Shown here one piece after another: positions 1 to 10,664 of a DNA stretch of 64,000 bases. How positions within the stretch are numbered: position 1 is the first letter of the stretch; each line of letters opens with the position of its first letter. Origin of the DNA: Candidatus Yonathbacteria bacterium RIFCSPHIGHO2_02_FULL_44_14. Lineage in GTDB: Bacteria > Patescibacteriota > Minisyncoccia > Phycocordibacterales > UBA1550. Location of the stretch: assembly GCA_001823535.1 (NCBI GenBank), contig MHUT01000018.1, positions 55,628 through 119,627 of the forward strand. Reading direction: 5' to 3'. The notes beneath the pieces were generated by a model. That model was not told the DNA's origin. It was given only the letters and a program-made list of their open reading frames with translations, and ran no database searches. Both the position numbers and the translations under genes were made by a program.

Positions 1-482
<482 letters not shown>

Positions 483-935
483 CTAGTAGTCAACACGGAG
501 TCCGCGTTCAACAATACGCGGATTTGTCCCCGATGTAACAGCAGAACAGGAAACATTATATCCGCGCGCATTGATTGTCGTAAATGGGTAAGCTGCGTTC
601 TTGGCAATTTCAACTCGCACACACCCGCCATACACATCCATCGAGATTGTTTGTGGTGTGCCAACAACAACTATTGGCCATGATGCTGCAATATTTCCAA
701 AGCAAGTATAGTTTGCCGCAGGATGCAAGTCCCAATACATTGCGCACTCAAGACCCGTATCTGCCGCCGAAAATGCCACCTGTGCCTGTCTCCAAAATGA
801 GGCAAAAAGAAGCTCTTTATATGTGCGGTTATATACCCCCATTCCTACGGCAAGAGCGACAGACGCCACAAGGACAGAGATGAGGAGGGCCACGCCACGA
901 TTTGCTGTGTTTGTTTTTGTGATCATAATGCCCAA
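483..935 (-). CDS. membrane-anchored hypothetical protein at distal end of pilus locus
   Basis: 150-aa ORF with N-terminal hydrophobic anchor, co-oriented and contiguous with the pseudopilin genes. No recognisable motif. Confidence 0.35.
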   Translation of the reverse strand: MGIMITKTNTANRGVALLISVLVASVALAVGMGVYNRTYKELLFASFWRQAQVAFSAADTGLECAMYWDLHPAANYTCFGNIAASWPIVVVGTPQTISMDVYGGCVRVEIAKNAAYPFTTINARGYNVSCSAVTSGTNPRIVERGLRVDY

Positions 936-1537
936 TTAAAAATATTTTCCGTGACGGTAATAGAACCTTGCTGTCCTCCAGTATTCCATGTCACCTTTGA
1001 TTCAATCTTGACCTCTTTACCGGCGACAACTTCAGTATTTGTGACAAGCCGCTTGAATTGCGTTTTTGTCCATCCAGCAGAAGGGCTGTTTTTGTCTTGC
1101 CGATACAAACCAATAGCAGAGTCGAGATAAACATCCTGCTTAGTCGCTATGCAGGCCGAATCACAGGAAAGGAGAGACTTTTCTGCCAACCCTGATTGAA
1201 AGACAGCGTATGGATCAATAACAAAATTTGATACCCCGCCAGTAGCATTTTCCATTACCTTATCTGTCACGTCTTTATTATTGAGCATCGAGGTTTCTGC
1301 TGTTGTTCGGACACTCTCAATTCCTTCTTGCGCAAGGTTAACAGCAACCATTTGATCTCTTGCATAGTAAAGCTTATGGAGTGAGTCACCAATTATAGAT
1401 ATGGGACCTGTCACCGCAACGAGAAGTATCGCGATTGCTACCATCGTCTCAAGAAGAGTAAACCCGCCTAAGTTTTTCCTTGAAAAATTTTGGTAGGTAT
1501 ATCCATGTTTAATTTTTACAGGCTGTTTAATGATCAT
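923..1537 (-). CDS. pseudopilin / minor pilin with prepilin-type N-terminal cleavage-methylation domain
   Basis: N-terminus ...KNLGGFTLLETMVAIAILLVAV: the G|FTL(L/I)E class III signal plus hydrophobic helix. Confidence 0.6.
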   Translation of the reverse strand: MIIKQPVKIKHGYTYQNFSRKNLGGFTLLETMVAIAILLVAVTGPISIIGDSLHKLYYARDQMVAVNLAQEGIESVRTTAETSMLNNKDVTDKVMENATGGVSNFVIDPYAVFQSGLAEKSLLSCDSACIATKQDVYLDSAIGLYRQDKNSPSAGWTKTQFKRLVTNTEVVAGKEVKIESKVTWNTGGQQGSITVTENIFNWAL

Positions 1538-2126
1538 ATAATCTCTGTGCTACTGTCGTTTGAATCTTGAACTTTGTTTGAGACGAGCTTCCTGATGCAA
1601 GCTCCCCATCAACCACAATAGTGACAACTGGCTGGAGTTTGTCATTGCCTGCACCAGTCCCGTATGGCAGGCTTCCGTTGACGAAAAACTTAAGATTAGT
1701 GATATTAATCTCGGGTGCAGTAGTGAGTGTATCAGCCACCTCTGGCGCTATTCTTCGCAAAATAGCGCCCCCACTTGAAGTATATTTTATCCGCAAACCA
1801 TCTTGCCCTGTAAAATACAACGTACCGTCGCCGTTTTGGCAGTCGGCGGGAGTCGCAGTGTCAACAGCGCCACAATGATAATCCAACCCTGTCTTGATCC
1901 TGCGCGACATATCCTCAAGCGCAAGATTTAGATTATCGGTGGCAATACGCACCGCGCGCGACTTACGGTCGGCGTTTACAATACTAAGAAATGCGCTTGT
2001 TGCAATAAAGAGAACAATGGTAAATAGCCCAATTGATACAGTCATTTCAACAAGAGTAAACCCGCCTAAGTTTTTCTTTGAAAAATTTTGGCGAGTAAAT
2101 CCTTTTTTTGTTTGCAATATACTCAT
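1527..2126 (-). CDS. pseudopilin / minor pilin (prepilin-type N-terminus)
   Basis: KKGFTRQNFSKKNLGGFTLVEMTVSIGLF... prepilin signal. Overlaps neighbours by a few nt, consistent with an operon. Confidence 0.6.
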   Translation of the reverse strand: MSILQTKKGFTRQNFSKKNLGGFTLVEMTVSIGLFTIVLFIATSAFLSIVNADRKSRAVRIATDNLNLALEDMSRRIKTGLDYHCGAVDTATPADCQNGDGTLYFTGQDGLRIKYTSSGGAILRRIAPEVADTLTTAPEINITNLKFFVNGSLPYGTGAGNDKLQPVVTIVVDGELASGSSSQTKFKIQTTVAQRLYDH

Positions 2127-2127
2127 A

Positions 2128-2679
2128 CTATTGAATAGATACTTGCCCAGCGCGGCTTATTGTAACGATGCTGGTCTTTGTACCTTTTGTAATTGTTACC
2201 GTAGCAATACTATACACAGTGCCAGCTCCATCCTTAATGACTGCATCAACATTGGGCCGCCTAAACGTTACACTGAGCTCATTGCCTCCGCAAGGACCTC
2301 CGTCACAGCTTATAGATAAAGAGGTAATCACATTTTGCCAGTTTATCGTTTCAACAATAGGGTTGTCAGCTGTTGTATATTTCCCGTCAGGCGCTGCATC
2401 CCTGTCTGCAAAAAGTAGAATTTGATTTGGCGTTGACTGCTTCAAGTATACTCCGTATGGAATTGTAAACGAAGCACCCTCGCCTTTCACCCCTACACCG
2501 TACACCTGAGCTTGCCGGATCGCAAGAACGATATCTTCGGAGGCGTTCGCGAATTTCGCATTTGTATCAAAACCGCGGTAATTTGCCAAAACAACACTGG
2601 TCAGCACCACAAAAACGCCGACAGTAACTAGAAGCTCGACAAGTGTGAACCCTAATGATTGTTGTGGGTGTTTGTTCAT
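2128..2679 (-). CDS. pseudopilin (GspH/FimT-like minor pilin)
   Basis: LGFTLVELLVTVGVFVVL N-terminus, 183 aa. Confidence 0.6.
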   Translation of the reverse strand: MNKHPQQSLGFTLVELLVTVGVFVVLTSVVLANYRGFDTNAKFANASEDIVLAIRQAQVYGVGVKGEGASFTIPYGVYLKQSTPNQILLFADRDAAPDGKYTTADNPIVETINWQNVITSLSISCDGGPCGGNELSVTFRRPNVDAVIKDGAGTVYSIATVTITKGTKTSIVTISRAGQVSIQ

Positions 2680-3494
2680 ATAAAAGTAAAGAAATTAACC
2701 GAGCCGTCAAAAAAGTTAACTTTTGTAAAGTATACAATAATTGTAGCCAAAATAAGAAATGGTCCAAATGGAATTTCACTTTGCATCGAGAGTTTTCCAT
2801 TTGTGCAGTAACGGAACAAAAAGGGAATTTTTTGTATCCCCATAATCATTATTGCCCACGTCGCACCTATCCAAAACGCAAGCATTATTGCCGAACCGCC
2901 GAGCGTTGCACCGAGGAACCACCCAATACCGAGCGCGAGCTTACCATCGCCAAGCCCAAGCCATCGCCCGCTCGAAACGAACCATAGTGCCCAAAATGGG
3001 AGGAAGAGCATCGGCCCTGCGATGAGTGTCCACACATAAGGGAAGTGAAATGCACTAGAGATATCGACTGTGAGGAAAAAATTTGCGAGCGCAAATATGG
3101 AAAAAAGTGCAACCAAACCATCAGGGATGATTTGATGACGCAAATCATACACCGCAATCACGATGAGCGTCGAAAAAATAGAGAGCAGGAGCGTTGTTTC
3201 AGAAACTGACTTACTAAGAAGAAACACTGCAACAAACACAAGCCCGGTGAGGGTTTCAACGATAGGATACTGCCACGACAATCGTACACCGCATTCTGCG
3301 CAGCGCCCTTTTGAAACAAGGAAACTTACAATAGGAATGAGCTCGCGCCACGACAATGTTTTACCACACGAAAAACAATGCGAACGGCCAGTGAGTGGCG
3401 AGTTTCCACTATTGTAACGATAAATAACGACGTTCAAAAAACTTCCAATAATAGAACCGAAGATAAAAACGGTAATGAGAATTAAAACGTCCAT
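2676..3494 (-). CDS. pilD: prepilin peptidase (A24 family)
   Basis: Polytopic membrane protein with N-terminal CxxC...CxxC zinc module (HCFSCGKT...CAECG) typical of PilD/A24 peptidases. Confidence 0.8.
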   Translation of the reverse strand: MDVLILITVFIFGSIIGSFLNVVIYRYNSGNSPLTGRSHCFSCGKTLSWRELIPIVSFLVSKGRCAECGVRLSWQYPIVETLTGLVFVAVFLLSKSVSETTLLLSIFSTLIVIAVYDLRHQIIPDGLVALFSIFALANFFLTVDISSAFHFPYVWTLIAGPMLFLPFWALWFVSSGRWLGLGDGKLALGIGWFLGATLGGSAIMLAFWIGATWAIMIMGIQKIPFLFRYCTNGKLSMQSEIPFGPFLILATIIVYFTKVNFFDGSVNFFTFI

Positions 3495-3572
3495 GATGCC
3501 ATTCTACCACATGCTTCGCACAAAATGCTCACCTATCAATGTTAAACCTTGATAATTCTTGGTGAAACGAGC

Positions 3573-4070
3573 CTACGGACAAAAAGTTGTGTTTGCTGGA
3601 ATGGGTCCCGTAATCTGCTTTCCTATATTTAGACTGTCAACACACCAAGATAGCGCAGCGTTGGTGTTTAGCGGAACTGAGACCGCCCACGCATCACGCG
3701 TGGCAGACATAGCGCAAGTAGCGACCCATGTTGCATTACTATCTGAAAGTTTCTCTGCTGCAACGATAGCAGGGTTGATGCTTAATGTTGCCGCCGGATC
3801 AAACACAGTATTCGCAGTTGAACAGGCAGCAACGGTAGTGGCATAAACAAGAGCTCCGGCAGTGCCATAATTATTATTTGTATTATAGTAATTCTGAGCT
3901 TGTGTACGAAAATCTCCCAATATTGTCTTGATTGACGCATCTGCGGCCTTTGCGCGAGCGGCCTGGAGCGATACAATAACAACCGATGCAAGAATACCAA
4001 TGATGGCAATCACAACGAGAAGTTCGATAAGTGTAAAACCTTTTGATTTCATAAAATAATGTCTCGTCAA
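3573..4070 (-). CDS. type IV major pilin-like protein
   Basis: MKSKGFTLIELLVVIAIIGILASV... canonical type IVa pilin N-terminus, 165 aa. Confidence 0.75.
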   Translation of the reverse strand: MTRHYFMKSKGFTLIELLVVIAIIGILASVVIVSLQAARAKAADASIKTILGDFRTQAQNYYNTNNNYGTAGALVYATTVAACSTANTVFDPAATLSINPAIVAAEKLSDSNATWVATCAMSATRDAWAVSVPLNTNAALSWCVDSLNIGKQITGPIPANTTFCP

Positions 4071-4237
4071 TTGTTAATAAATGTGTTAGCACCGATATCA
4101 GCCTCATGGCTCAGAAACGCAGGTGGTCTGCAGGATGCTATTAGGTACTTAAGAGCAATGGACGATTACCCCTTCATCCACTTCATATTGCTAATAACAC
4201 TTTTATTCTACCAATAAATACGAATCCTTGCAAAACA

Positions 4238-4275
4238 AAACACCTGCCGTATAGCAGGTGCTTTGTTTAGAAAAG
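4238..4275 (-). terminator. intrinsic terminator downstream of pilA (CACCTGC hairpin + T-run on minus strand)
   Basis: The minus strand reads AAAGCACCTGC-tatacg-GCAGGTG-TTTTGTTTTG. Confidence 0.45.
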
Positions 4276-4313
4276 CGTACATAATGCTTTTCCTGCGAGA
4301 TTCAAAAAACTGA

Positions 4314-4796
4314 CTATGAAGCTGAGCAAACAGTTACGCCTGATGCAATGAGTGCGGCATTTGCGCGAGAGGCACCCATGCTATCAATACACCAATAACC
4401 TGCTCCCTTCAATTTTACTGAAGCTGCATAGGCGTCACCAGTAGCAGTGATATTACATGTTGCGTCTGTACCACCGTTCGTTGATACAGCATGATCAATT
4501 GCAGCTTGAACATTAGTATCCTGGAAAATATGGTTTGCTGTCGTAATAGGGCTTACTACTGCAATGGCTCCGCAAGCCGCAGAGTTTAGAACGGCTGCTG
4601 TCCCACTGTATTTATTGCCAATCGTATCAAACAGAACCTCAGCAGACGCGCGAATACCTGCGAGATCTGCTTTAATAGCCGCGTCTGAACCCTTCGCACG
4701 TGCACTGTTGAGTGACGCGAGAACAACCGATGCGAGAATACCGATGATTGCAATAACAACCAAGAGTTCGATAAGTGTAAAACCTTTTGATTTCAT
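4314..4796 (-). CDS. pilA: type IV major pilin (PilA-like)
   Basis: MKSKGFTLIELLVVIAIIGILASVVLASLNSARAKG... Near-identical N-terminus to the neighbouring pilin, i.e. paralogous pilins. Confidence 0.8.
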   Translation of the reverse strand: MKSKGFTLIELLVVIAIIGILASVVLASLNSARAKGSDAAIKADLAGIRASAEVLFDTIGNKYSGTAAVLNSAACGAIAVVSPITTANHIFQDTNVQAAIDHAVSTNGGTDATCNITATGDAYAASVKLKGAGYWCIDSMGASRANAALIASGVTVCSAS

Positions 4797-4884
4797 ATTT
4801 TTAAAAACGAGTAATTAACCTGATAAATTCTCTTTTGTGAGAGAGAGTGGCATGGCCATCGGCCACCCTCTCTATCACTCCTAT

Positions 4885-4914
4885 ATTATACCACCTATCT
4901 TATTTTATGTGCAA
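4885..4914 (-). promoter_or_regulatory. candidate sigma70-type promoter for pilA (TTGCAC-18 nt-TATAAT), followed by a 5'UTR hairpin (4840-4872)
   Basis: On the minus strand, TTGCAC ...18 nt... TATAAT lies about 90 nt upstream of the pilA start. The imperfect hairpin GAGAGAGTGGC/GCCACCCTCTC sits in the leader. Confidence 0.35.
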
Positions 4915-5037
4915 GGGAGTTGGGGATAAGTGTCGTAGAATAATTGACATCTGACAGGTACTCTTGACGGGAATACACAAGAAGGGTTTGCAAGGCGGTG
5001 TCAAATGTCAAATGTTATCAAGAAGCCTTGCTTCTGG

Positions 5038-6234
5038 CTACACATTCCCCGCAATCTGGTAAATAGGAATGAGCACTGAGGCAAGCACTCCGCCGACACC
5101 GATACCGAGCGCCACAATCATGACTGGCTCAATCATAGAAATCACTGTATTGATGGCATTTGTTACCTCGCGCTGATAAAGAAGCGAGAGTTTCTGAAGA
5201 ATATTACCGAGCTCTCCTGTTTCTTCGCCAACCTTGACCATCTGAATCATTACGTTTGGTATTTCAGGGTGCCCCATAAGCGTAGCTGAAAGCGGTGCAC
5301 CACCCTTCACGGCGATAACTGCTTTCGATAGAATGTCTTGATAAATTTGATTATCAACTACTTTCGCGGTGATCTCGATGGACCGCACCATAGAGATACC
5401 ATTGCTTAGCATCACATGCATGTTGTCTGTAATGCGAGATAAATAGAGCATGCGATAGAGATTGCCGACGACAGGGAGCCAGAGTTTCAGATGCGCTAGA
5501 AAGGCTGTACCGCGTGTGTACCGCCATACAAAAAAGATTCCTGCGACAAGGACCATGAGAACAAATACACCGTAATTTACGAGGATAAAACTGGCTTTAA
5601 TCACGACTGTCGTATAAAACGGCACTTCTTGCCCGCCCTGAGTAATAACATCTGAAAGTTTTGGGATTACCAACGTGAGCATAAGCACCATCACGACAAT
5701 AAAGGTAAAAATAACAAAAGACGGATAAATGAGAGCACCGCGCGCTTTCGACATAAGCTCATACGATCGCTCGAGGTAGTCCGCGAGAGCCTCAAAAGTC
5801 TCCGAGAGTTTACCTGACTCTTCTCCTCCAATAACCATATTTACATAAAAATCTGAAAATAGACTTGGGTGCTTCAAAAAAGCGCCGGAAATAGGAACAC
5901 CGTTTTGAATGTCATCGGATATCTCAGTAAACTTCTTTGTGATTAATGGGTTCTCTGCCTCGGCAGCAATCAGGCGAAATGTTTTTAGCGCAGGAACATG
6001 CGCGTCAAGAAGCGTTGCAATTTGACGCGAAATAATCGAGATTTCTTTTACAGAAACACGATTAAAAATATTAATATCTATCTCAAAGAGGCCTTTTTTG
6101 TCGATGTCTCGCACTGAAATAACCACGAGGCCACTTCTTTGAAGCGCATTGATTGCAGAATCCTGGTTTTGTGCTTCGATATTGCCAGAGGTTTCTCCGC
6201 CTTCTTTTGTAACTGCTTTGTATGCAAAAAGCAT
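5038..6234 (-). CDS. pilC: type IV pilus assembly platform protein PilC (GspF family)
   Basis: 398 aa with the two-repeat GspF architecture and three TM segments; adjacent to pilT and pilB. Confidence 0.85.
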   Translation of the reverse strand: MLFAYKAVTKEGGETSGNIEAQNQDSAINALQRSGLVVISVRDIDKKGLFEIDINIFNRVSVKEISIISRQIATLLDAHVPALKTFRLIAAEAENPLITKKFTEISDDIQNGVPISGAFLKHPSLFSDFYVNMVIGGEESGKLSETFEALADYLERSYELMSKARGALIYPSFVIFTFIVVMVLMLTLVIPKLSDVITQGGQEVPFYTTVVIKASFILVNYGVFVLMVLVAGIFFVWRYTRGTAFLAHLKLWLPVVGNLYRMLYLSRITDNMHVMLSNGISMVRSIEITAKVVDNQIYQDILSKAVIAVKGGAPLSATLMGHPEIPNVMIQMVKVGEETGELGNILQKLSLLYQREVTNAINTVISMIEPVMIVALGIGVGGVLASVLIPIYQIAGNV

Positions 6235-6248
6235 TGTGATTGTGTAAA

Positions 6249-7325
6249 TTACGACTGAAGCATTCGCTCAAGTCCCTTTGGGTTAAAGGAGTAGAGAAGC
6301 GCGTTTTCCGGAGTAACCTCGCCTTTGAGCACAAGTGCTGAAAGGCTTCGGTTCATATCAATCATACCCTCTCTCATCCCTGTCTCGATGACAATATCGA
6401 CCTCGTGGGTGCGTGAGTCACGAATAAGACTTGAAACAGCGGTATTGTTTATCAAAAGCTCGTATGCAGGAATGAGTCCGCCGGAAATACGCGGAACGAG
6501 GCGCTGTGAAAAGATACCGATTAAGCTCCCTGCAAGCTGAACACGAATCTGCGGCTGTTGATCACCGGGGAACGAGTCGATGATACGATCTATCGTCTGT
6601 GATGCATTGTTAGTATGAAGAGTAGAAAGAACGAGATGCCCAGTCTCTGCGGCTGTTACTGCGGTAGAAATAGTTTCGGGGTCACGCATTTCACCAATCA
6701 TAATAACATCAACGTCTTGACGAAACGCCGCTTGAAGACCTGACCTAAAATCCTTGGTATCGATACCGACCTCACGCTGATCTATTGTCGCTTTTTGTGA
6801 GTTGAACAAGTACTCTATTGGGTCCTCAATCGTCACAATATGTTCTGAGCGCTCACGATTGATAAGCTCGACCATAGATGCAAGAGTTGTAGACTTACCC
6901 TGCCCTACTGGCCCCACAACAAGAAAAAATCCTTGTTTCTTTCTTGTGAACACCTCGAGTATAGGAGGAAGGTTGAGCTCGCTAATCGTCTTTACGTGAG
7001 TAGGAATCGCACGAAGAGCGATTCCTACTGCTCCTTTCTGATAAAAAGCGTTCCCACGAAAACGACCCTTGTTAAAAAATTCGTACGAAAAATCGACCTC
7101 TTTGTTTGCCAGAAATCGCTCCTTGAAATCGGGTGCAATGATCTGGGTCAACATTCCCATCGTGTCCTCGGGGGTGAGTACAGATAGATTCATCAATGGT
7201 ACCAAACTACCAGAGATTCGAAAAGTAGGGTAACGCCCTGCTGCGAGATGGACATCCGATGCGCCGTCAGAAATGGCGCGCATGATTAGAACCTCAATCT
7301 CCTCTTTATAGTTACGATTTGGCAT
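6249..7325 (-). CDS. pilT: twitching motility retraction ATPase PilT
   Basis: 358 aa. Walker A GPVGQGKSTT, Asp box, and His box (LVLSTLHTNNA). Length typical of PilT. Confidence 0.85.
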   Translation of the reverse strand: MPNRNYKEEIEVLIMRAISDGASDVHLAAGRYPTFRISGSLVPLMNLSVLTPEDTMGMLTQIIAPDFKERFLANKEVDFSYEFFNKGRFRGNAFYQKGAVGIALRAIPTHVKTISELNLPPILEVFTRKKQGFFLVVGPVGQGKSTTLASMVELINRERSEHIVTIEDPIEYLFNSQKATIDQREVGIDTKDFRSGLQAAFRQDVDVIMIGEMRDPETISTAVTAAETGHLVLSTLHTNNASQTIDRIIDSFPGDQQPQIRVQLAGSLIGIFSQRLVPRISGGLIPAYELLINNTAVSSLIRDSRTHEVDIVIETGMREGMIDMNRSLSALVLKGEVTPENALLYSFNPKGLERMLQS

Positions 7326-7345
7326 TTTTAGAAATGGTATAGATA

Positions 7346-7759
7346 TTAGTCTACTTGAGCGAACGATTCTTCGCCGCCCAAAACAATTACAACTTTTTCG
7401 ACAACCTCAGATGGGGTCGCTGATGCCTTTATTACATACCCATTTGCTCCAAGGTTGCGACCTTTTTCAACATCAGCAGGTTGACCTAAATTTGAAAGCA
7501 CGATAATCTTCGCGTTTGGCGCAAGTTTTTCAGATTTTATAAGCTCAAGAAGTTCAAAGCCGTCCATTGCGGGCATAACGATATCGAGAAGAATTACATC
7601 GGGAACAATTCCACCCTTTAACTTGTTTAATGCATCGATGCTTCCAAACGCCTGAATAACTTCAAATCCTTTCTCTTTAAACTTAAAAGTGTACATATCG
7701 AGAAGAAACTTGTCATCGTCAACAATAAATATTTTTTTGGATATCTGATTTGGTTCCAT
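7346..7759 (-). CDS. single-domain response regulator (CheY-like receiver)
   Basis: KIFIVDDD...PDVILLDIVMPAMDGFELL...K: phospho-acceptor Asp and conserved Lys pattern. 137 aa, no output domain. Confidence 0.7.
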   Translation of the reverse strand: MEPNQISKKIFIVDDDKFLLDMYTFKFKEKGFEVIQAFGSIDALNKLKGGIVPDVILLDIVMPAMDGFELLELIKSEKLAPNAKIIVLSNLGQPADVEKGRNLGANGYVIKASATPSEVVEKVVIVLGGEESFAQVD

Positions 7760-7804
7760 AATAGTGTCAGTATATCACGACACCGTTTAAAATGTCCACA
7801 AAAC

Positions 7805-9529
7805 TTACAATGTATTTATCTCCTGAAACGGAACAATTTTATCAATGCTCTTCAAGAGGGCATCTTCTTTCATGGTAAGCATTCCTTTTTTGCGTGATGC
7901 TTCAGAGAGACGAACATCTGTTGGTTCAGCCAAAATAATCTTTTCAATATCCTTATCCACCGGAAAGACCTCAAAAACTGGAAGTCGCCCGCGAGTCCCT
8001 GATGAACATTCAGAAGTTGACACAGCTTCGTGAAGTGGACCCGTGAGGTTAAGTTTATTTTTAAATTCTGGAGGAAGATCCTGAAACTGTTTTTCGATCA
8101 TCATTTTGATTGCCCCCTCGTTGGGAATTTCTTTTGCTCCGCCTGGGCAAATCTTTTTTACGAGGCGCTGTGCGACCGAAAGGATTAATGTTGGCGCAAT
8201 AAGGTATGGGTCAATACCCATGTCCACGAGACGCGGAATGGCACCAATAGCGGTATTGGTGTGAAGTGTCGAGAGAACAAGGTGTCCCGTAAGTGCTGCT
8301 TGAATAGCAAGCTGTGCTGTTTCCGCATCGCGAATCTCACCAACCATAATAATATCGGGATCTTGACGAAGCGTAGTGCGGAGCCCTGTCGCAAAAGTGT
8401 AGCCAATCTCTGGGCGTACTTGCGACTGACTGATTCCTACCATATTATATTCAACCGGATCTTCGAGTGAAACAATATTTTTTGTCTCTTTGTCGAGTTC
8501 GTTCAACATAGAATACAGTGTGGTTGATTTACCGGACCCCGTAGGTCCGGTAATCAAAATAATTCCGTACGGACGCGCGAGAGCACTGCGTACCATAGCA
8601 AGGTGTTCCGGTCGGAACCCAATATTATCGAGCAGTTGAACGCCTTTCTGCGAGTCCAAAATACGCATTACTACTTTTTCTCCATAATATGCAGGGAATG
8701 TAGAAACACGAAAATCAATCTTGCGCCCGTCAATACGCGCCGAGAAACGCCCGTCTTGAGGCTTCCTCTTTTCGTCAAGCTTGAGCGAAGCGAGAATTTT
8801 AATGCGCGCCACAACCGAGTTGTGTACGTCGATTGGCAAAACGAGGCTCGTAAAAAGCTCGCCGTCAACGCGAAAACGCACACGCACGGCTTCACCTGTG
8901 TGTTCAATGTGTACATCAGACGCACCACCTTCTGTCGCATGACGCAAGATCACTGCGGTAATCTTTGCGACCGGAGCATCCTCTACAACATGCGCTTCTT
9001 TTTTTGCGGATGCGCGTTCCTTTTCACCACCTTCTTTAATAAGCGCCGCTTTATCAACTTCATTGATATCAACCTCAAGTTCGGAGAGTGCTTTTGTTAC
9101 TTCCCCTGTAAGCCCGCGGTAACTCTCGAGAATTACTTTCAAATCATCGTTTGATATCAAAAATATCTTGAACGGCATTCCAAGCTTAGTCGCGATAAAT
9201 TGAAGCGCATCGCGCGCCTCAATGTTTTCTGGGTCGGTAATGCCAATCTCTAGAACTTCGTTTACGACCCCAATAGGAGCAAAATGGTAATATGAAGCCG
9301 AGTCTTCGGGAATATATTTCAAAATTTCAAAATCTACGCCTTTACCTTTTAAATCGCGCGTAGGAAGGTTGTAATATAGCCCACGCCCTTTGAGAATATT
9401 TTCTTTTGATACTCCCGCCTTTGCAAGCACATCATCAATAAGAGCTCCTTCATTTATGCGCTTTGAAAGATCTGGAATGGACTCTTTTTTTATGATACCG
9501 TGAATTGCAAATGTATCGAGGATGGCCAT
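7805..9529 (-). CDS. pilB: type IV pilus assembly ATPase PilB (GspE family)
   Basis: 574 aa. N-terminal GspII-like domain, Walker A GPTGSGKSTT, and His box VLSTLHTN. Confidence 0.85.
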   Translation of the reverse strand: MAILDTFAIHGIIKKESIPDLSKRINEGALIDDVLAKAGVSKENILKGRGLYYNLPTRDLKGKGVDFEILKYIPEDSASYYHFAPIGVVNEVLEIGITDPENIEARDALQFIATKLGMPFKIFLISNDDLKVILESYRGLTGEVTKALSELEVDINEVDKAALIKEGGEKERASAKKEAHVVEDAPVAKITAVILRHATEGGASDVHIEHTGEAVRVRFRVDGELFTSLVLPIDVHNSVVARIKILASLKLDEKRKPQDGRFSARIDGRKIDFRVSTFPAYYGEKVVMRILDSQKGVQLLDNIGFRPEHLAMVRSALARPYGIILITGPTGSGKSTTLYSMLNELDKETKNIVSLEDPVEYNMVGISQSQVRPEIGYTFATGLRTTLRQDPDIIMVGEIRDAETAQLAIQAALTGHLVLSTLHTNTAIGAIPRLVDMGIDPYLIAPTLILSVAQRLVKKICPGGAKEIPNEGAIKMMIEKQFQDLPPEFKNKLNLTGPLHEAVSTSECSSGTRGRLPVFEVFPVDKDIEKIILAEPTDVRLSEASRKKGMLTMKEDALLKSIDKIVPFQEINTL

Positions 9530-9571
9530 ATGTGGTTATTTTAGTTTTTAGGAACAGGATTACCTAGGGGA

Positions 9572-9931
9572 TTACTCAAGGGTTTTCATTTTTAGTTTCC
9601 ACGCAGTTGGAACAAACGGGTTTGGCCTTCCTGTGGCCTCAACCGGTATTTCGACTGAAAAATTCTGTAAATTTTTAAAAGCGGGCATGTCAAAAATTAT
9701 TGTCGCACCCGCTACTGCGCGCTCGAGGTCTCCAAGCCCCCTCACAGTTTCATCAATCTCGGCACCGATAGATGCTGTTTCTTCTACTATTGCAGCAATC
9801 GATGGAACTGAATCCACAACAGGAGTCTCTTTTTTCAGAAAAACAAAGTAACCTACAACAAGGACTCCTATTGCGATTGCTGCAGTAGTGATATTTACAA
9901 GAAGTGTTTTTATTTGTTCGCGTGACATATG
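9572..9931 (-). CDS. membrane-anchored pilus-locus protein (PilP-like position)
   Basis: The ORF-track protein likely starts at the internal Met (MSREQIKTLLVNITTAAIAIGVLVV). Start chosen right after the pilO stop; the upstream part of the ORF overlaps pilO. Confidence 0.3.
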   Translation of the reverse strand, partial: HMSREQIKTLLVNITTAAIAIGVLVVGYFVFLKKETPVVDSVPSIAAIVEETASIGAEIDETVRGLGDLERAVAGATIIFDMPAFKNLQNFSVEIPVEATGRPNPFVPTAWKLKMKTLE

Positions 9932-9932
9932 T

Positions 9933-10655
9933 TTATTTAAGCAAGTAAGTCTCCATTTCCAGTGTAAATTGATAAATTGGAGACACGGGGCCTTTCGGCT
10001 TTGAGTCAGCTGAAGTGCGGCCCGTTCGTGGGACAGATTTGTCTTCTGGTAAAGGGACAAAAGAGAGAGATGTTATATCCATTAGTCCTAAGCTTTTTTC
10101 AAGATCATTTAAAAAGAGTTGGAATGTCTCGAAGGTGGCAGTAAATGTAAATTTTGCTTTTGTGGTTGCGTATTTTTTTGCTAAAACTGCCGCACCTGCG
10201 GAACTCTTTGTCACCGCGAATTCTGTATTATTTATTTTTGCGGCTGTAGATTTATCACTTATAGATAGGGTGCCTACTAATCCTTGCGCAGCATTGGTGC
10301 CACTCACGGTAGTTGTTTTTTGTGTGCCATTTGCAGGCCCTTCGACTTTTATATTCGATAAACTAATCCTATTCTTTGTTCCGATGGATTGTATGTTATT
10401 TGCAAAACGAATCTCATCGATTTTTTCAGGGAGGAACACTTCTAAACGAGACATCTCTGCGGGCCCGATACTGCTCAGATTTTTCTTAGTTTTATCAACC
10501 AGCATACTAATTTCGCTAAAAGCGCTAAGTGTCTTTGTAAGAGACCCGACGCTGTCACGGCGCTCCCGATTAATATTGTATGCTGGTACAACATAAAAAA
10601 ATATAAAACCAGTAGAGAGTATCAAGACAACGAATGAGGTGATTGGTTTAGTCAT
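9933..10655 (-). CDS. PilO-like inner-membrane pilus alignment protein
   Basis: Single N-terminal TM followed by a coiled-coil-prone region, in the canonical pilM-pilN-pilO order. Confidence 0.45.
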   Translation of the reverse strand: MTKPITSFVVLILSTGFIFFYVVPAYNINRERRDSVGSLTKTLSAFSEISMLVDKTKKNLSSIGPAEMSRLEVFLPEKIDEIRFANNIQSIGTKNRISLSNIKVEGPANGTQKTTTVSGTNAAQGLVGTLSISDKSTAAKINNTEFAVTKSSAGAAVLAKKYATTKAKFTFTATFETFQLFLNDLEKSLGLMDITSLSFVPLPEDKSVPRTGRTSADSKPKGPVSPIYQFTLEMETYLLK

Positions 10656-10664
10656 AATAGTATC

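Noticed and set aside
8603-9154. 183-aa plus-strand ORF inside pilB, and similar antisense ORFs inside ftsH (21863..22453), the large ATPase (42886..43605), secY and r-protein genes
   Set aside because: All lie antisense within well-supported conserved genes and are considered frame shadows.
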